A DNA stretch of 64,000 nucleotides from Tubulanus polymorphus (taxonomy: Eukaryota > Animalia > Nemertea), in contig NC_134036.1 of the NCBI RefSeq assembly GCF_964204645.1, forward strand, positions 11,325,859 through 11,389,858, written 5' to 3'. Under the pieces are notes generated by a model. The model had not been told where the DNA came from and ran no database searches. It saw only the letters and a program-made list of their open reading frames with translations. The translations under genes were made by a program, and so were the position numbers. Positions 62,311-64,000 of this stretch are shown piece after piece (the stretch's first letter is position 1; every line of letters begins with the position of its first letter).

Positions 62311-63889
62311 TATTTCATCTGTGTTTAAACATCAAAATCATTGATTGATCGGTCATTTGTCTCATATGATTTATTCTTCAAAATATCACGATGAGCTTTA
62401 CGGACTCGTCCAGAGACTGAAGGCTGCAGGGGCTAGGAAATTTGGAAGGCTAGGGTCCAGAAGAAACGGAAAAGATAATTGTCAGATAGAGCAGCCATGT
62501 CATAGGCTACAAGCGGAGTTCTACCCTCGGTGTTAGATATTTTCTAAGAGATACCTCGGGAAAATATGCAATGGAGGAGTGACAACTCTACGGGTTTCAA
62601 CGATCTTTATCTTGACTCTCTCACTTAGTTATCCTCTAATTCAAACTAAAATTATTATTATTGAAATATTACAGTAAACACCTGGCTTATTAAATGATTA
62701 CATCTTAATCAAGCTGTTATCATAGTTTACTATGTTTTGCTATGCATTTTGTGTGTTAAGGGTTGACTGTGAGCATATTTTTTTCTTTATTGCATTTCTC
62801 TATTTTTCTTCTTCACTTTTCTCTTTTGAGGGACCTGTTTTATACGAGCTATTTCTTAGTTTCTACAGGGCCCTCCAGGTCTAATTTACTGGTTTTTGTA
62901 TTATGCTATGTACGCTATGCTGTAAATTGTATTTGAAAAATAATGTGTTCAAATCAAATCAAATCAAATCAAAAACTCGTCAAGGGAAACGTCAATAATG
63001 GGAAGGCAATGGTCCTCGCTGGCCCTAAATCCGCCCCTCAGCCGTTACTCAGTATGGCGTAGAAGAACGACATAGAGGTTTAACTGGGTTTAATTTCACC
63101 ATACAATCAGACGATACTATGATAACTATTATAATACATGATAGAATCATAGGAATATTGAAGGAGGAAAAGAGATATTTATAGTTATTTATGTTTAAAG
63201 TTATTTATAGCATCTATTGATGAGCGGGTGTTAATAGAAATGCAATCCATGAAGCGAAAGTTCACAAATAGTTTTAAAACACTTTTAAAATACAATTGTG
63301 AGAACGAGAAGGTAATGATAACATCTCTGATACTGTTGAGCGACAACAATGGCGGCATGACGCAGGACGACCGTTTGGGATTTCTATTTCTAGGATTGTT
63401 AAAAACTGGACCTAAAGTTTTACAAATGTCAATCCAATTATGTTAAGTGTGAAACGATCAAGTGAAATAGCCTGATTAGGCCAATAGTGAGTTTTCTTGT
63501 CAAGATTTGAAAATCATTGAAGAATATTTCATAGCATCGTTGAGAACATCCGGGACCCTGACTAATGAAACCGTTATTTCAGTCCAAATGTAAAACTAGT
63601 CATTGTGGCAGGGATTACAAATGCTGATTCGACTAAAATTTCAGTGGAATGAATATGAATTTCTCATTTTTACAATTAAAACGATTAATTCTACATCTCA
63701 TTAAGATGAGATAACAGCTTACTAACCTGGCCAAGTCGAATTGAGCTTTTTCAGCAAAGATACATTTTCATCACCGCCGATTGTTATCGAAACAGCAAAC
63801 AGTCCAAACAATCCAAACATTATGTCGTTTATCTCGCGAATTACTTAATTAAACAGTAAATGAACTAAGTTATAACTAGTTAATGCAGG

Positions 63890-64000
63890 TTCACGTTCAC
63901 GTTCAGTACCCAGTTCCACAGGTCAGTACCCGGTTCTACTGACACAGGACCCGGTTCCACGTTCAGCGGCTCGGATCCACAGTTCAGTACCCGGTTCCAC
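63890..64000. repeat. About 20-bp tandem repeat (gttcagtacccggttccaca-like) running off the window end
   Basis: Directly visible. Confidence 0.8.

Overview
AT-rich animal (invertebrate) genomic DNA with spliceosomal introns, made up mostly of decayed mobile elements. Host-type genes are two intronless rhodopsin-family GPCRs (21471-22418 +, 44019-45080 -), a secreted single-WSC-domain gene with one nonsense codon (8151-9075) and PAN/apple-like exon relics (about 61.2-62.3 kb). The dominant component is a cluster of Polinton/Maverick (adintovirus-like) endogenous virus relics. Copy 1 (13.6-20.7 kb) holds major capsid protein, a membrane protein and the 5' part of a protein-primed PolB, with two nested TIR transposons. 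Copy 2 (47.7-53.4 kb) holds an integrase C-terminus, an intact packaging ATPase and pPolB. There is also a 2.5-kb non-autonomous element with AGTA..TACT ends, a 6-bp TSD and a 152-bp terminal hairpin (36527-39001), a third PolB 5' relic (40.6-41.1 kb), and a modular RING/PC4/adenain-protease region (27.8-34.3 kb). Main finding: the copy-2 pPolB carries a full-size (about 355 aa) LAGLIDADG homing-endonuclease intein inserted exactly in polymerase motif C (FFD|SVTADTP...ICFN|TDA, 49406-50471 -), i.e. an intein inside a virus-like transposon integrated in an animal genome. It now carries two stops and one frameshift. Other relics: an intron-containing Crypton-like tyrosine recombinase, an R4/Dong-like LINE, MULE and P-element transposases, an LTR-element env fragment and Penelope-like hammerhead footprints. 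All family assignments come from motif recognition by eye; no database searches were run.
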